IMG/VR virus record: IMGVR_UViG_3300045988_054550
Span: 1-64,000 of that record
Length of the DNA: 64,000 nucleotides
Source: a virus
Strand: one strand, 5' to 3'
Position numbers and translations under genes: made by a program. Below, in pieces: positions 26,810 through 35,791 of the stretch; the first letter of the stretch is position 1; each line of letters begins with the position of its first letter. The notes under the pieces are model-generated. The model saw only the letters and a list, made by a program, of their open reading frames with translations, ran no database searches and had not been told where the DNA came from.

Positions 26810-26981
26810 CTCTTTTCTAAAAATATATCACGCATTATAGCACAAATTTGTGTAGTTTTTCTGGCAAGCGCAAAATCATGGAGTTTTTCTGCAAAAATAA
26901 TCTACTTTTTTGATATTTTACTATGCATACTTTGTATGAGATGGTATAATATTGTAAAATTTTAACAAGGGAGGGGATTGT

Positions 26982-27230
26982 ATGAGCAAAGGCGAAAAGA
27001 AGAAAGATTCAACCCTGAGTGTCATTTCTTGTATTCTGGCAGGCGTGGCATTCATTCTTCCGTTGCCAATTATCCTGTCGTTTCCTCTGGCTCTGGCAGG
27101 AGCAATTGTAGGATTAGTAGATATTGGCACAAAGAAAGAGGAATATAGGCATATTGGCTCATGGTTCGGAATTATTGTCGGAATCATTGAAGTAGTTTTT
27201 ATTGTAGTGCAGTATATGAGATTTATTTAA
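26982..27230 (+). CDS. small integral membrane protein (82 aa, DUF4190-like)
   Basis: GGGAGGGG RBS; two long hydrophobic segments. Confidence 0.6.
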   Translation: MSKGEKKKDSTLSVISCILAGVAFILPLPIILSFPLALAGAIVGLVDIGTKKEEYRHIGSWFGIIVGIIEVVFIVVQYMRFI

Positions 27231-27250
27231 GAACAATTGGAGGGCATGAT

Positions 27251-27991
27251 ATGAAGAAAAAGATTATTGCATTAGTTTTATGTGGTGTTATGGCTCTGAG
27301 TGTCCCTGTATACGCCAAAGGCGGAAGCGTTTCGCTCAGTTCTGATGAATTGCAAGTGCCAAAAACAGAGCAGAAAAAAGATAAAAAAGAGAGTAAAAAG
27401 AAAAAGAACCAAGATATTACTGTAACGCAGAGCGGTTGGACTATTCAGACAAGTGATTATGATAACGACCGATACGTTGCATATGGAGCTAAGGTTACTA
27501 ACTCTAGTTCTAAAAAATATGGATATGTAACTTTAAATATTGTCGTAAAAGATGCTAACGGTAAAATATTAAAGAGCACTGATGATACATTTTCATCTAT
27601 TGTTCCGGGAGATACTGTATTTTCGGCAGATAAAATTTACATTGGTCAATATGACCCAGCGTCTGTCGAGTTTTCTGTTTCATATGAAGACTCAGACTTT
27701 TTAGAGTCCGTTTCTGGCGACTCTGGAACGGATGCTTTTTCATTGTCAAACTTATCCGAAATGACAGACGAATACAGTTACACCACAATTACCGGTGAGA
27801 TTGAAAGTGAAGCCCCTGATAGCTGCACTTCCGCTTGCGTGACTGTTATTCTTAAACAAGGTGATGATATTGTCGGCGGTTTTTATGGCTATGTTGACGT
27901 GACAAGTGGCGAAACAACAGCTTTTGAAATCTCTGATTATGATCTGCCAGAACATGATAACGTAGAAATTTCAGCACGTCCAACATTTTAA
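27251..27991 (+). CDS. secreted protein with signal peptide and two beta-rich repeats (246 aa)
   Basis: MKKKIIALVLCGVMALSVPVYA signal-like N-terminus and a K-rich linker. Confidence 0.6.
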   Translation: MKKKIIALVLCGVMALSVPVYAKGGSVSLSSDELQVPKTEQKKDKKESKKKKNQDITVTQSGWTIQTSDYDNDRYVAYGAKVTNSSSKKYGYVTLNIVVKDANGKILKSTDDTFSSIVPGDTVFSADKIYIGQYDPASVEFSVSYEDSDFLESVSGDSGTDAFSLSNLSEMTDEYSYTTITGEIESEAPDSCTSACVTVILKQGDDIVGGFYGYVDVTSGETTAFEISDYDLPEHDNVEISARPTF

Positions 27992-28253
27992 AAAGCAATT
28001 AACAAGAGGGGCAACCGCCCCTCTTTCTCTTTGCCTGTCGTTCTTACAGGCAGTCTCTCTATCCACACATCCTTTCGGACACAGAAACCATATTTTGCGA
28101 ATTTTGTCAAACTTTAATGCTTTACACTAACAATTTTAAGTGCTACACTTTGTTTGTGGGACAATAATACCACAAACAGGAAGAAAAATGTGTGTACTGT
28201 CAAAATCATTGCGTATTTTGACAAAATTGAGACTACGAAAGGAGGGCGCGCAT

Positions 28254-28955
28254 ATGAGAATAGCCATATGTGACGATAATCAGCTTGAAGTTGACTTGTT
28301 TAAAGAGCACATATCGGGATTCTTGCGGCGCAAAGGAGATTACCGGTATGAAATTAGCGAATATTCGGCGGGCTATCCGCTTGTTGAAGATGTGAAAGAG
28401 GGTAAATGGTACGATGTAATTGTGCTGGATATGATTCTGGAAAATGAGAACGGTTTGGAGATTGCGAACCGGCTCCGGAATATTGGATATGATGGAAAGA
28501 TTATATTCTGGACAGCCGACGATTCTCATTTGCAAGAAGCATTTGACGTCGGTGCTATGCAGTATGTGGTCAAGGGCAAGGAATACGGCAGAATATACCG
28601 AGCTATTGACGAGATTCTGTCACAGATGAAAGATGAAACATTGACGTTCAAATTCCGCGGGCAGATTAACCGGCTCAAATATGATGAAATCGAGTACATT
28701 GAAAGCCAGGCAAGGGTCTGTCATATTTTTGCGACAGATAACCGATGTTTCGTGACCACTTGCAAGCTGAACGATCTGGAAGAAAAGCTGTCTGATAAGC
28801 GATTTTTGCGTTGCCATCAGAGCTATCTGGCGAACATGGATCACATTCAGTCGGCAGGTGATAATTTTGTCATGGATTCCGGGGATGTTGTTCAGATAAG
28901 AAAAAATGGGGCAAGGGAAATCAAAGAAAAATATGAAAATTACATAATGAGATAA
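28254..28955 (+). CDS. LytR/AlgR-family response regulator (REC + LytTR)
   Basis: REC signature ICDD..VIVLDMIL..IIFWTA..YVVKG. The C-terminal region is LytTR-like (..RCHQSYLAN..). AGGAGGG RBS. No kinase gene in the window. Confidence 0.8.
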   Translation: MRIAICDDNQLEVDLFKEHISGFLRRKGDYRYEISEYSAGYPLVEDVKEGKWYDVIVLDMILENENGLEIANRLRNIGYDGKIIFWTADDSHLQEAFDVGAMQYVVKGKEYGRIYRAIDEILSQMKDETLTFKFRGQINRLKYDEIEYIESQARVCHIFATDNRCFVTTCKLNDLEEKLSDKRFLRCHQSYLANMDHIQSAGDNFVMDSGDVVQIRKNGAREIKEKYENYIMR

Positions 28956-28960
28956 ATAAA

Positions 28961-29010
28961 AACCGCCAGCGTCCGGAGGGAATTAACCGGGCTTACTGGC
29001 GGTTTCTGCT
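28961..29010. terminator. bidirectional terminator between convergent genes
   Basis: AACCGCCAG (28961-28969) pairs with CTGGCGGTT (28996-29004); A run upstream and T-rich sequence downstream. Confidence 0.6.
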
Positions 29011-29071
29011 CACAAAGGGTGAATGTATGGAACAAAATTATTATATCATTTTGCCTGTTATATTACAAGCG

Positions 29072-30502
29072 TCATTTGGCCATTTCTGTGATTCTTTTAA
29101 ATGTTCCTTTTGGGATAAATTCAAAAACAAATCCCTCATCATTCGGATAAGGGATTCTGACAAAGTACCATCTTAATCCTTTACTGTCAGTTTCCACATA
29201 CTTCATAACTTCCACAACTGCACCTTTTTTCAGCTTTGGAAACAGTTTAGATGGGCTGTTTTTGTTTGATTCCACATAACATTTTGTGTCTTTTTTAATC
29301 TGTGCAATGTAGGCTCTGGTGTTCTGTTTTTTGACTGTATCTGAGTCTGAAGCTGGTGTTGTATTCTTAACTAAACTGTAGTTTGGAGTGCAGAATTTTG
29401 TTCCCGGGAGGTTGCTGTTGTAGTAACTTTTTTGGCACACACCACCGCCATTTGCAATGATTGTAGAGCCACTAGAAGTATTTCCTTCGACTGTCCAGAA
29501 CCGATCTCCTGACACTTTTATTACGATTCCAGTGTGTGTAAATGTGCCATTTCGATAAAAAATAACAATATCTCCAACTTTTGGATTGCTGTTCAGAGTA
29601 AACAAATCCGCCATTGTCGGACAATAAACGTATGGCCAATGTTTTAAGAGCTTCTTTGCTGTATCTAAACCAAATGCTTTCATCATGCACCACGAAACAA
29701 ACGCTGCGCACCACGGCTGTCCCTGATAATCCGGCTTAATATCTCGCCAGTATTTTGTATAATTATTTTCTCCGGCGTTTGCTGTCTTGCTGTCAAGCTG
29801 GCTATTGCTTGCTTTTTCAAGATATCCAACTTCATTCTTTGCGATCTGGATTAATTTGTCAATTGCGTTCATGCTCTTATCCTCACTTTCTGGAAAATAT
29901 GTCTTTAATGCGTTATAAACAAATCTCTGCCGGCTCTTATATGCCCCGACCTGGTTCCCTGTATCGATCTGGCAGGCTGCATAGAGATTATCGAGTGTAT
30001 ATGGTTTCTGAGTCTTTGCCAGAATCCTCGTTACTGCTCCCTGTCCGCCTTGGTGCCTAAAGTTCACGCACATAGCTTGCCCTCTAGCGTCCGTAACGCC
30101 CTTTTTAAGGGCTTCTTCTGCGTAGATAGCTAATTGTTCGTCCATGAGGTTATCTTGGCATTTAACGCCGGTTTTGGACGATATGAGCCGTACGATTAAA
30201 TTTGCAAACTGGCTGTTTCTGGAAATGTTAAAACAAGACCAGTCTGCCTCCTGCACCTGCTCCCATAATCCGATACTGTCCAGTCTGTCCCATTGTGCCG
30301 TATCTGCATCATGAATCCGTTTCAAAAGCGTTTGTGCTTCGGTTGCGTACCACTGTCCGGCACCGATTGTAATTGCGTGTTCTTCAAAAGAATTAGTGTA
30401 GGCTTCTGTGAAGTCCGAATAATCCTGCTGTCCGTAAACCTGTCCGCCAGTTTCGACTGCATAAATAATCTTTCTGAGAACTGCTTTCTGCTCGTTTGTC
30501 AT
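29072..30502 (-). CDS. endolysin: N-terminal glycosidase-like domain + CHAP + C-terminal SH3-like domain
   Basis: CHAP signature QPWCAAFVSWC ... HTGIV. The N-terminal domain assignment is uncertain. Confidence 0.75.
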   Translation of the reverse strand: MTNEQKAVLRKIIYAVETGGQVYGQQDYSDFTEAYTNSFEEHAITIGAGQWYATEAQTLLKRIHDADTAQWDRLDSIGLWEQVQEADWSCFNISRNSQFANLIVRLISSKTGVKCQDNLMDEQLAIYAEEALKKGVTDARGQAMCVNFRHQGGQGAVTRILAKTQKPYTLDNLYAACQIDTGNQVGAYKSRQRFVYNALKTYFPESEDKSMNAIDKLIQIAKNEVGYLEKASNSQLDSKTANAGENNYTKYWRDIKPDYQGQPWCAAFVSWCMMKAFGLDTAKKLLKHWPYVYCPTMADLFTLNSNPKVGDIVIFYRNGTFTHTGIVIKVSGDRFWTVEGNTSSGSTIIANGGGVCQKSYYNSNLPGTKFCTPNYSLVKNTTPASDSDTVKKQNTRAYIAQIKKDTKCYVESNKNSPSKLFPKLKKGAVVEVMKYVETDSKGLRWYFVRIPYPNDEGFVFEFIPKGTFKRITEMAK

Positions 30503-30539
30503 ATCACGTTGCTCCTTTCTGTTAAATATACCTTGTAAG

Positions 30540-31041
30540 CTCCGTATCTGCCCCTAAAATCAATTTTTATATATCATTCAATGATTTTATCGAATTACAC
30601 ATAAAATCGTTATATGGGTCAAATACAAGGTTGCTAATAAAAATGGTTCGATTCGGGCTGAAACGAATTAAGAATGTCAGGGTCAAATAAGCCTTATTTG
30701 ACGATTAATATATATCTCGTATATATATTAATTATATTCTTATTCTATTTCTTATTCTTATTCTATTGCGTTACATTGCGTTACTGGTAACGTTATTGTA
30801 ACGTTACATCGAGATATTATGTAAACGAAAATTGCTTGTTGACAGAAAACTTTCATCTGATTTTTTATAATTTCTAAGATGATTGATTTATTCTGAAAAC
30901 AAGCAAAATTTACGTTTACAAATTATTCATTTTTTATTTTTAATATAGTTACATTTTAGTACGGTCAGGGCTGAGATTTTGAGGTTATTTCGGCGAATAA
31001 GGGCTTATTTCTATTACTCTGTATAATACACTTTATATATT
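30540..31041. other. 0.5 kb AT-rich intergenic region dense in palindromes and short tandem repeats
   Basis: GTCAAATAAG-c-CTTATTTGAC (30682-30702), TGTAACGTTACA (30798-30809), CGTTAC-tg-GTAACG (30779-30792), TTCTTATTCTA repeats (30736-30766). Confidence 0.6.
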
Positions 31042-31671
31042 TCAATCCGCTTTTAACCAAGCTTTCATTTCTTCAAGGTCATAGAAAAGTTTTGCCCCGT
31101 CTGTTGTTACAATTTTCTTTACATTGCTGACAGGTAGGTAATCGGTATAATATGTATGATGGAATTGTATATAATGAAAATGCAAATTCATAAATGTATA
31201 GTTCCCGTTCCAAGAATATATCCCGTCTGAGTCTTTTTTCACTGCGGGTATCCCAGAAAACGAATATTGATCTGGAAGTTGTCCTTTACACGAATCATGT
31301 GGAATAATCCAAGGAGCGTCATCAGATACCGCCCCCATTGCAACGCTATAGACATCTGTATCAGGATGTTCTTTCGGCCTATATATCTTAACACAATACG
31401 CCATTTTTTTTGGAAGAATAGCGTCCACTGATGCGCGCATGTGATACCCTGCTTCATCAGTGGTTAATACTGGTGGTTGAACAATTCCTCCTATCGGGTC
31501 CATAACGTAAATACCTTTTTTAAACAAGAAGCATATGCCATATCTTACCGGTGGTATAATATCGTCTTTTCTCCACAATAAGGTATTCCCGCCCCATATT
31601 TCTTTTGTTTCCTTACCTTTGACAGGAAATCCAGTGATTTCCTGTCTGTTCAAAAACGCCTTATATATCAT
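31042..31671 (-). CDS. hypothetical tail-associated protein (209 aa)
   Basis: ORF track; last gene of the tail operon. Confidence 0.5.
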   Translation of the reverse strand: MIYKAFLNRQEITGFPVKGKETKEIWGGNTLLWRKDDIIPPVRYGICFLFKKGIYVMDPIGGIVQPPVLTTDEAGYHMRASVDAILPKKMAYCVKIYRPKEHPDTDVYSVAMGAVSDDAPWIIPHDSCKGQLPDQYSFSGIPAVKKDSDGIYSWNGNYTFMNLHFHYIQFHHTYYTDYLPVSNVKKIVTTDGAKLFYDLEEMKAWLKAD

Positions 31672-31675
31672 CTAA

Positions 31676-34600
31676 TCAGCCCTCCTCGAATGTGAAATAC
31701 AATGTATCTGCCCGGTCAGTTCCTGCGGCTACAAGAGCGTCATAATCGGCTTTTTTTATTCGCTTTACGCACCTTAATTGTGCCTTTTTCAATTGCTCAG
31801 AAGTGCTACCAGAGCCACCAGAACCGTCCGTAAAATCATCGATCGTTGCTAGAGAAAATTCAGAATCCGAACCATCTGTAAACTCTGCATAGCTGATTGT
31901 TGGCATTTCTGATCGGGTGCGGTTGACAGTTGCGGATATCTCAGGAGTATATTTTCCCAACTGCTGACTGTTACTATTGAACGGCGCATTGTTGGCAGAA
32001 TAGGTGTCTATCATGTCTGTAACGCCGATTTTAAGAATTCTACTCATGATGTATGAATGAACGTACCATTGCAGTTCTGTAGGCTCCTGATCATCGTGCT
32101 GAATCTGCTTTTTGTAATAAAGTTCGACTGCCTGTCCTACCATGTTCAGCGGGTTACCCTGAACCTCGACGGTATATCCCTGCGCACGATAATATTTCCG
32201 CAAATCTTGATTTACAAATACACCATAGCAAATTTTTATAATCGGCTCAGCCCTTGAAATACCGCCGTATTCATCAGCATCCCAAACGTAATTCAGCCAA
32301 TCTTCATTCCCAACAAAGAAACTATTTCTGTTGTAATAAACATTGTTATCATACGCTTCTTGCGCTGTATAGTCGCCTTGCGTAAAGCCGAAGGCTCTAT
32401 TCGGGTCAGGGTCACAAAATATAACATTTGGGAACCAAATTCTACCCTCTTTTGCGGTAAAACTTTTGAATGTATCAAGATGTACTTCCTCGTTGTTGTA
32501 GTATTTATAAATATTCTGATTACTGGTGGTCTCTCCGTATTTGTAACTGTTCTGACGAAGCTTCAAATACTCAAATTTTCCATCTCTATTCATCCATCCA
32601 AAGCGGTCATTTTGCAAGCATAAATCTTTCAAAATATTGACTACATTCATCTCGTTTGAGTTATTCGTATCAGGGACATAGGTGTCGTCCCAATGCAGTT
32701 TTGTACTGACTTGTTCAAGCCCCAAAAACTCAAATAATTTATCCCTGAATTGCTTTTGAGTCAGCTTTTTCTTCTTATCAGTCGTCTGGTTTTTATACCA
32801 CCGTGCAATGTCAGTATTTCGTAATTTATACAAATAATCATATGCAATAAAATTACGTGTTAATGAGTTTGCTTTTCGCTCTGCACTGTCGATTTCACCT
32901 GTAAAAATTTTAATTCTTGTTCCTTTTCTCTCGATGTAAACTTCTATTTTTCCAGAGGGATAAAACTCTTCCGAAGTGCCATTGAACTGATCGTGGTGAG
33001 CCTGAAACGTTATCTGATTGCAGACACAGCCGCCGAAAATGAAATAACTTTCAGAACAAATAGACTCCTGCAAAGTAAGCGTATTCTGGTCGATATTTTC
33101 ATTTGTAAGGTCAGCAAATTCGCCGTTAATCCAGTGCACTGTAACATTGATCGGTTCAGTTTTTTCTTCTTCAACTTCACCAGAGCCGCCGCCAGAACCG
33201 CCACTTGAACTATCATCAAATGGGTTTTTCCCGTCGTTCGTGACTTTAATTTGAAAGCTGTCAGAACCAACGAATTTGGAAACTCCGTTGACCGTGGAAT
33301 TATAAGAAACTGTGATGGTCTTAGAACCTGCGGTGGAACTATCGAAGCCAGAAATATCATAATCTGTAATTTCTTCTTCTGTTCCGTCCTGCCTTACCGA
33401 TGCAACAGTCAGCCCGGACGGGTCGAATGTTTCTCCGATTTTGTAATAAATCTTGGATGGAAAACTTGTGATTCTTATTCCCGAAAGATCGTATACGGTC
33501 ACTTTAAAAGTAGCGGTATGTGTTTTATAGGTTACTGTGATCGTCTTTTCACCAACGGAACCGCTATCAAAACCAGATATTTCGTAGCCAGTTGTTTTTA
33601 TTTCTGATGTGCCGTCGGTATATTTAACAAGGATGGATAATCCGGTGGAATCAAAGCTGTCGCCGGAATAATATTTCAACTTGCGTGGGAGTGTTTCAAT
33701 TTCAATTCCATCTATATCAATTGCTAAAACGTCAAAAGATGCACTTTGTTCATCGAATTCAAAAGTTATAGTATTATTTCCACGTTTTGTGAGAATGTTC
33801 GGAAATGAAGAATCAATACTTCCTATTGGTACCAGTCCAGATGTATTGTTGTTGTAATACGCAGTAACTACAAGCCCTGTACTATCAAAAGCCTCACCAA
33901 TAAGATATTTAACCTTTGTTGGCATGTGAGTAATTTCGAGTTTTTCCACTCGGACTAACCACGTAATTGTACCTGTGGCTCCCCATGGGGAACCTGAGAT
34001 TTCATTGGTTTTTTTATTTAGAGCGATATTTGTCGTCACTTTCGTAGAAAAGGCGTTTTTGTCGATTTTAATCACACTCGCAGGAATCAAAACATTGGCA
34101 AGCTGAGTATTAGAAAATGCTAACTTCCAAATGAATTTAACGCCGTTTGCAATCTCTAAATTTTTAAGTGAGGTGTCCGAAAATGCACTTTCTTCAATAC
34201 TTGTAACACTTGCAGGAATAGTAATTTCTGTGATTTTGCTACAGCTCGAAAAACAATATGCTGGTATTCTAGTTATTCCGTTTTCTAGTGAAACACTCGA
34301 TAATTTTGGGCATGAGTAAAATTGTCTAACTCCATTCAATTTTACACTTCCGGAAAGAGTCAGATTTTCTATTGTGCTATTATTATAAAATGCTCCATTA
34401 TCTATGGTGCCGCCACGAATAACTGTATTCTTTGCTGATATGTTGTTTATATAAGTGCTTCCACTGGTTGCAAATAGCGCACCATCTCCCCCTATTTCCA
34501 AGTGTTCAAGTGTACTCCCTTGAAAACTATATTGCATATTCTTTAATGTGGACGGAAGGGATAATTCAGTAATTAAAGGGCATTCATTAAAAGCTACAGG

Positions 34601-35368
34601 TGATATAGTTTCAAGTCCCTCGTGAAAGATAACCTTTTTTAAACTTGAGAGATTTGAAAAACTACTTGAACCAATTTCTAAAACTGAATCGGGAATCTCC
34701 AGTGAAATCAGCGCACTACTTGAGAAACAGGATTGACCGATTTTTTTTAATGACTGTGGGAACACAATTTGCGTTATTTTTGTTGAATAAAAGTTTCCAT
34801 CGCAAATTTCTTCCAAAGTATTGGGAAATGAAATATCTTCAAGATTTTCATTCCCCCCAAATGCGCTAACTGGAATTTTCGTAATTCCATTCCCAATATT
34901 TACTTTTTTAATTCTCGTTTTTATTGAACTTGGCGTGTTTTTTATATTGGAAAACGATAAAAATTCGCCTGTCCCAGTTACTTTTAGGAGACCAGTTTCG
35001 AGGTCAAATGTAATGTTTACATCTTCTAAATTTGGGGTTCCTGCCTGCACATTATACGAATCGACTACAGTAACTGCAAGTTCTGCAGTCAGTCCAGAAT
35101 ATTCAACTATTGAAATCTTTTCTCCTGCCTCAGATGTATCTACCTGCGATACTGTATATCCGCTTTTTATTGTCTCTGTAGTTCCATCGTCATAAGTCAC
35201 TTCTATGCTTCTTACTCTTACATTACTTTTATCTCCAACGAAATAGCTTGTTCCATAATAACTTTTTGGTAAAATACTTATAGGCGTAGCCATAATCTCT
35301 CTCCCTGTTTCAGTAGTAAAAGAGCACATGAGCTGTGACACCCATGCACTCTGGTTTTTAGTATTCAA
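31676..35368 (-). CDS. giant tail tip protein: N-terminal BspA-type LRR + Ig-like (Big_3-type) repeats, C-terminal Tal-like domain
   Basis: LRR units (..IPDSVLEIGSSSFSN..L..). At least 4 repeats of ..Y..GE.FD..GL.V......G...E.T.Y.ISGFDS...G.KTITV.Y.. Gly-rich linker. Sits after the TMP and a Dit-like gene. Confidence 0.7.
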   Translation of the reverse strand: MNTKNQSAWVSQLMCSFTTETGREIMATPISILPKSYYGTSYFVGDKSNVRVRSIEVTYDDGTTETIKSGYTVSQVDTSEAGEKISIVEYSGLTAELAVTVVDSYNVQAGTPNLEDVNITFDLETGLLKVTGTGEFLSFSNIKNTPSSIKTRIKKVNIGNGITKIPVSAFGGNENLEDISFPNTLEEICDGNFYSTKITQIVFPQSLKKIGQSCFSSSALISLEIPDSVLEIGSSSFSNLSSLKKVIFHEGLETISPVAFNECPLITELSLPSTLKNMQYSFQGSTLEHLEIGGDGALFATSGSTYINNISAKNTVIRGGTIDNGAFYNNSTIENLTLSGSVKLNGVRQFYSCPKLSSVSLENGITRIPAYCFSSCSKITEITIPASVTSIEESAFSDTSLKNLEIANGVKFIWKLAFSNTQLANVLIPASVIKIDKNAFSTKVTTNIALNKKTNEISGSPWGATGTITWLVRVEKLEITHMPTKVKYLIGEAFDSTGLVVTAYYNNNTSGLVPIGSIDSSFPNILTKRGNNTITFEFDEQSASFDVLAIDIDGIEIETLPRKLKYYSGDSFDSTGLSILVKYTDGTSEIKTTGYEISGFDSGSVGEKTITVTYKTHTATFKVTVYDLSGIRITSFPSKIYYKIGETFDPSGLTVASVRQDGTEEEITDYDISGFDSSTAGSKTITVSYNSTVNGVSKFVGSDSFQIKVTNDGKNPFDDSSSGGSGGGSGEVEEEKTEPINVTVHWINGEFADLTNENIDQNTLTLQESICSESYFIFGGCVCNQITFQAHHDQFNGTSEEFYPSGKIEVYIERKGTRIKIFTGEIDSAERKANSLTRNFIAYDYLYKLRNTDIARWYKNQTTDKKKKLTQKQFRDKLFEFLGLEQVSTKLHWDDTYVPDTNNSNEMNVVNILKDLCLQNDRFGWMNRDGKFEYLKLRQNSYKYGETTSNQNIYKYYNNEEVHLDTFKSFTAKEGRIWFPNVIFCDPDPNRAFGFTQGDYTAQEAYDNNVYYNRNSFFVGNEDWLNYVWDADEYGGISRAEPIIKICYGVFVNQDLRKYYRAQGYTVEVQGNPLNMVGQAVELYYKKQIQHDDQEPTELQWYVHSYIMSRILKIGVTDMIDTYSANNAPFNSNSQQLGKYTPEISATVNRTRSEMPTISYAEFTDGSDSEFSLATIDDFTDGSGGSGSTSEQLKKAQLRCVKRIKKADYDALVAAGTDRADTLYFTFEEG

Positions 35369-35783
35369 TCAGTGCGATTCTGATTTTGTTATACAAAATG
35401 TTATTTTCTACAACTCTGATAGGTTTATACTCAATATCAGGCATATAAAAAACACCTGTTTTGTAGGTGTTTTCTTCATCGTCCCAGTATGTGACCTTGT
35501 ACTTCCGCTGTGCCTTATTGACTAAGCCCGATTTGAAAACAGACTGCATCTTTATTTTGTCCGGTAACCACATCGGTCGTGTGTTGAAGTCTATTTTGGT
35601 CTTAAAATTTGGGCTTGTGTCTCTGTGCAAGAGGTTATTCAAGTCTCTGTACGCTTCTATCTCTGTTCGCTGATTCGGAGTTGCGGAGTAATCATTATAG
35701 GCTAAGAATTTGTTCGGGAAAACACTTCCCCCAAACTTTAAAAAATAACCTTGGAAACTGCTTCCTGAAATAAAGTCACTCAT
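35358..35783 (-). CDS. putative distal tail protein (141 aa)
   Basis: Position immediately after the tape measure gene. Confidence 0.45.
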   Translation of the reverse strand: MSDFISGSSFQGYFLKFGGSVFPNKFLAYNDYSATPNQRTEIEAYRDLNNLLHRDTSPNFKTKIDFNTRPMWLPDKIKMQSVFKSGLVNKAQRKYKVTYWDDEENTYKTGVFYMPDIEYKPIRVVENNILYNKIRIALIEY

Positions 35784-35791
35784 TCTATCAC

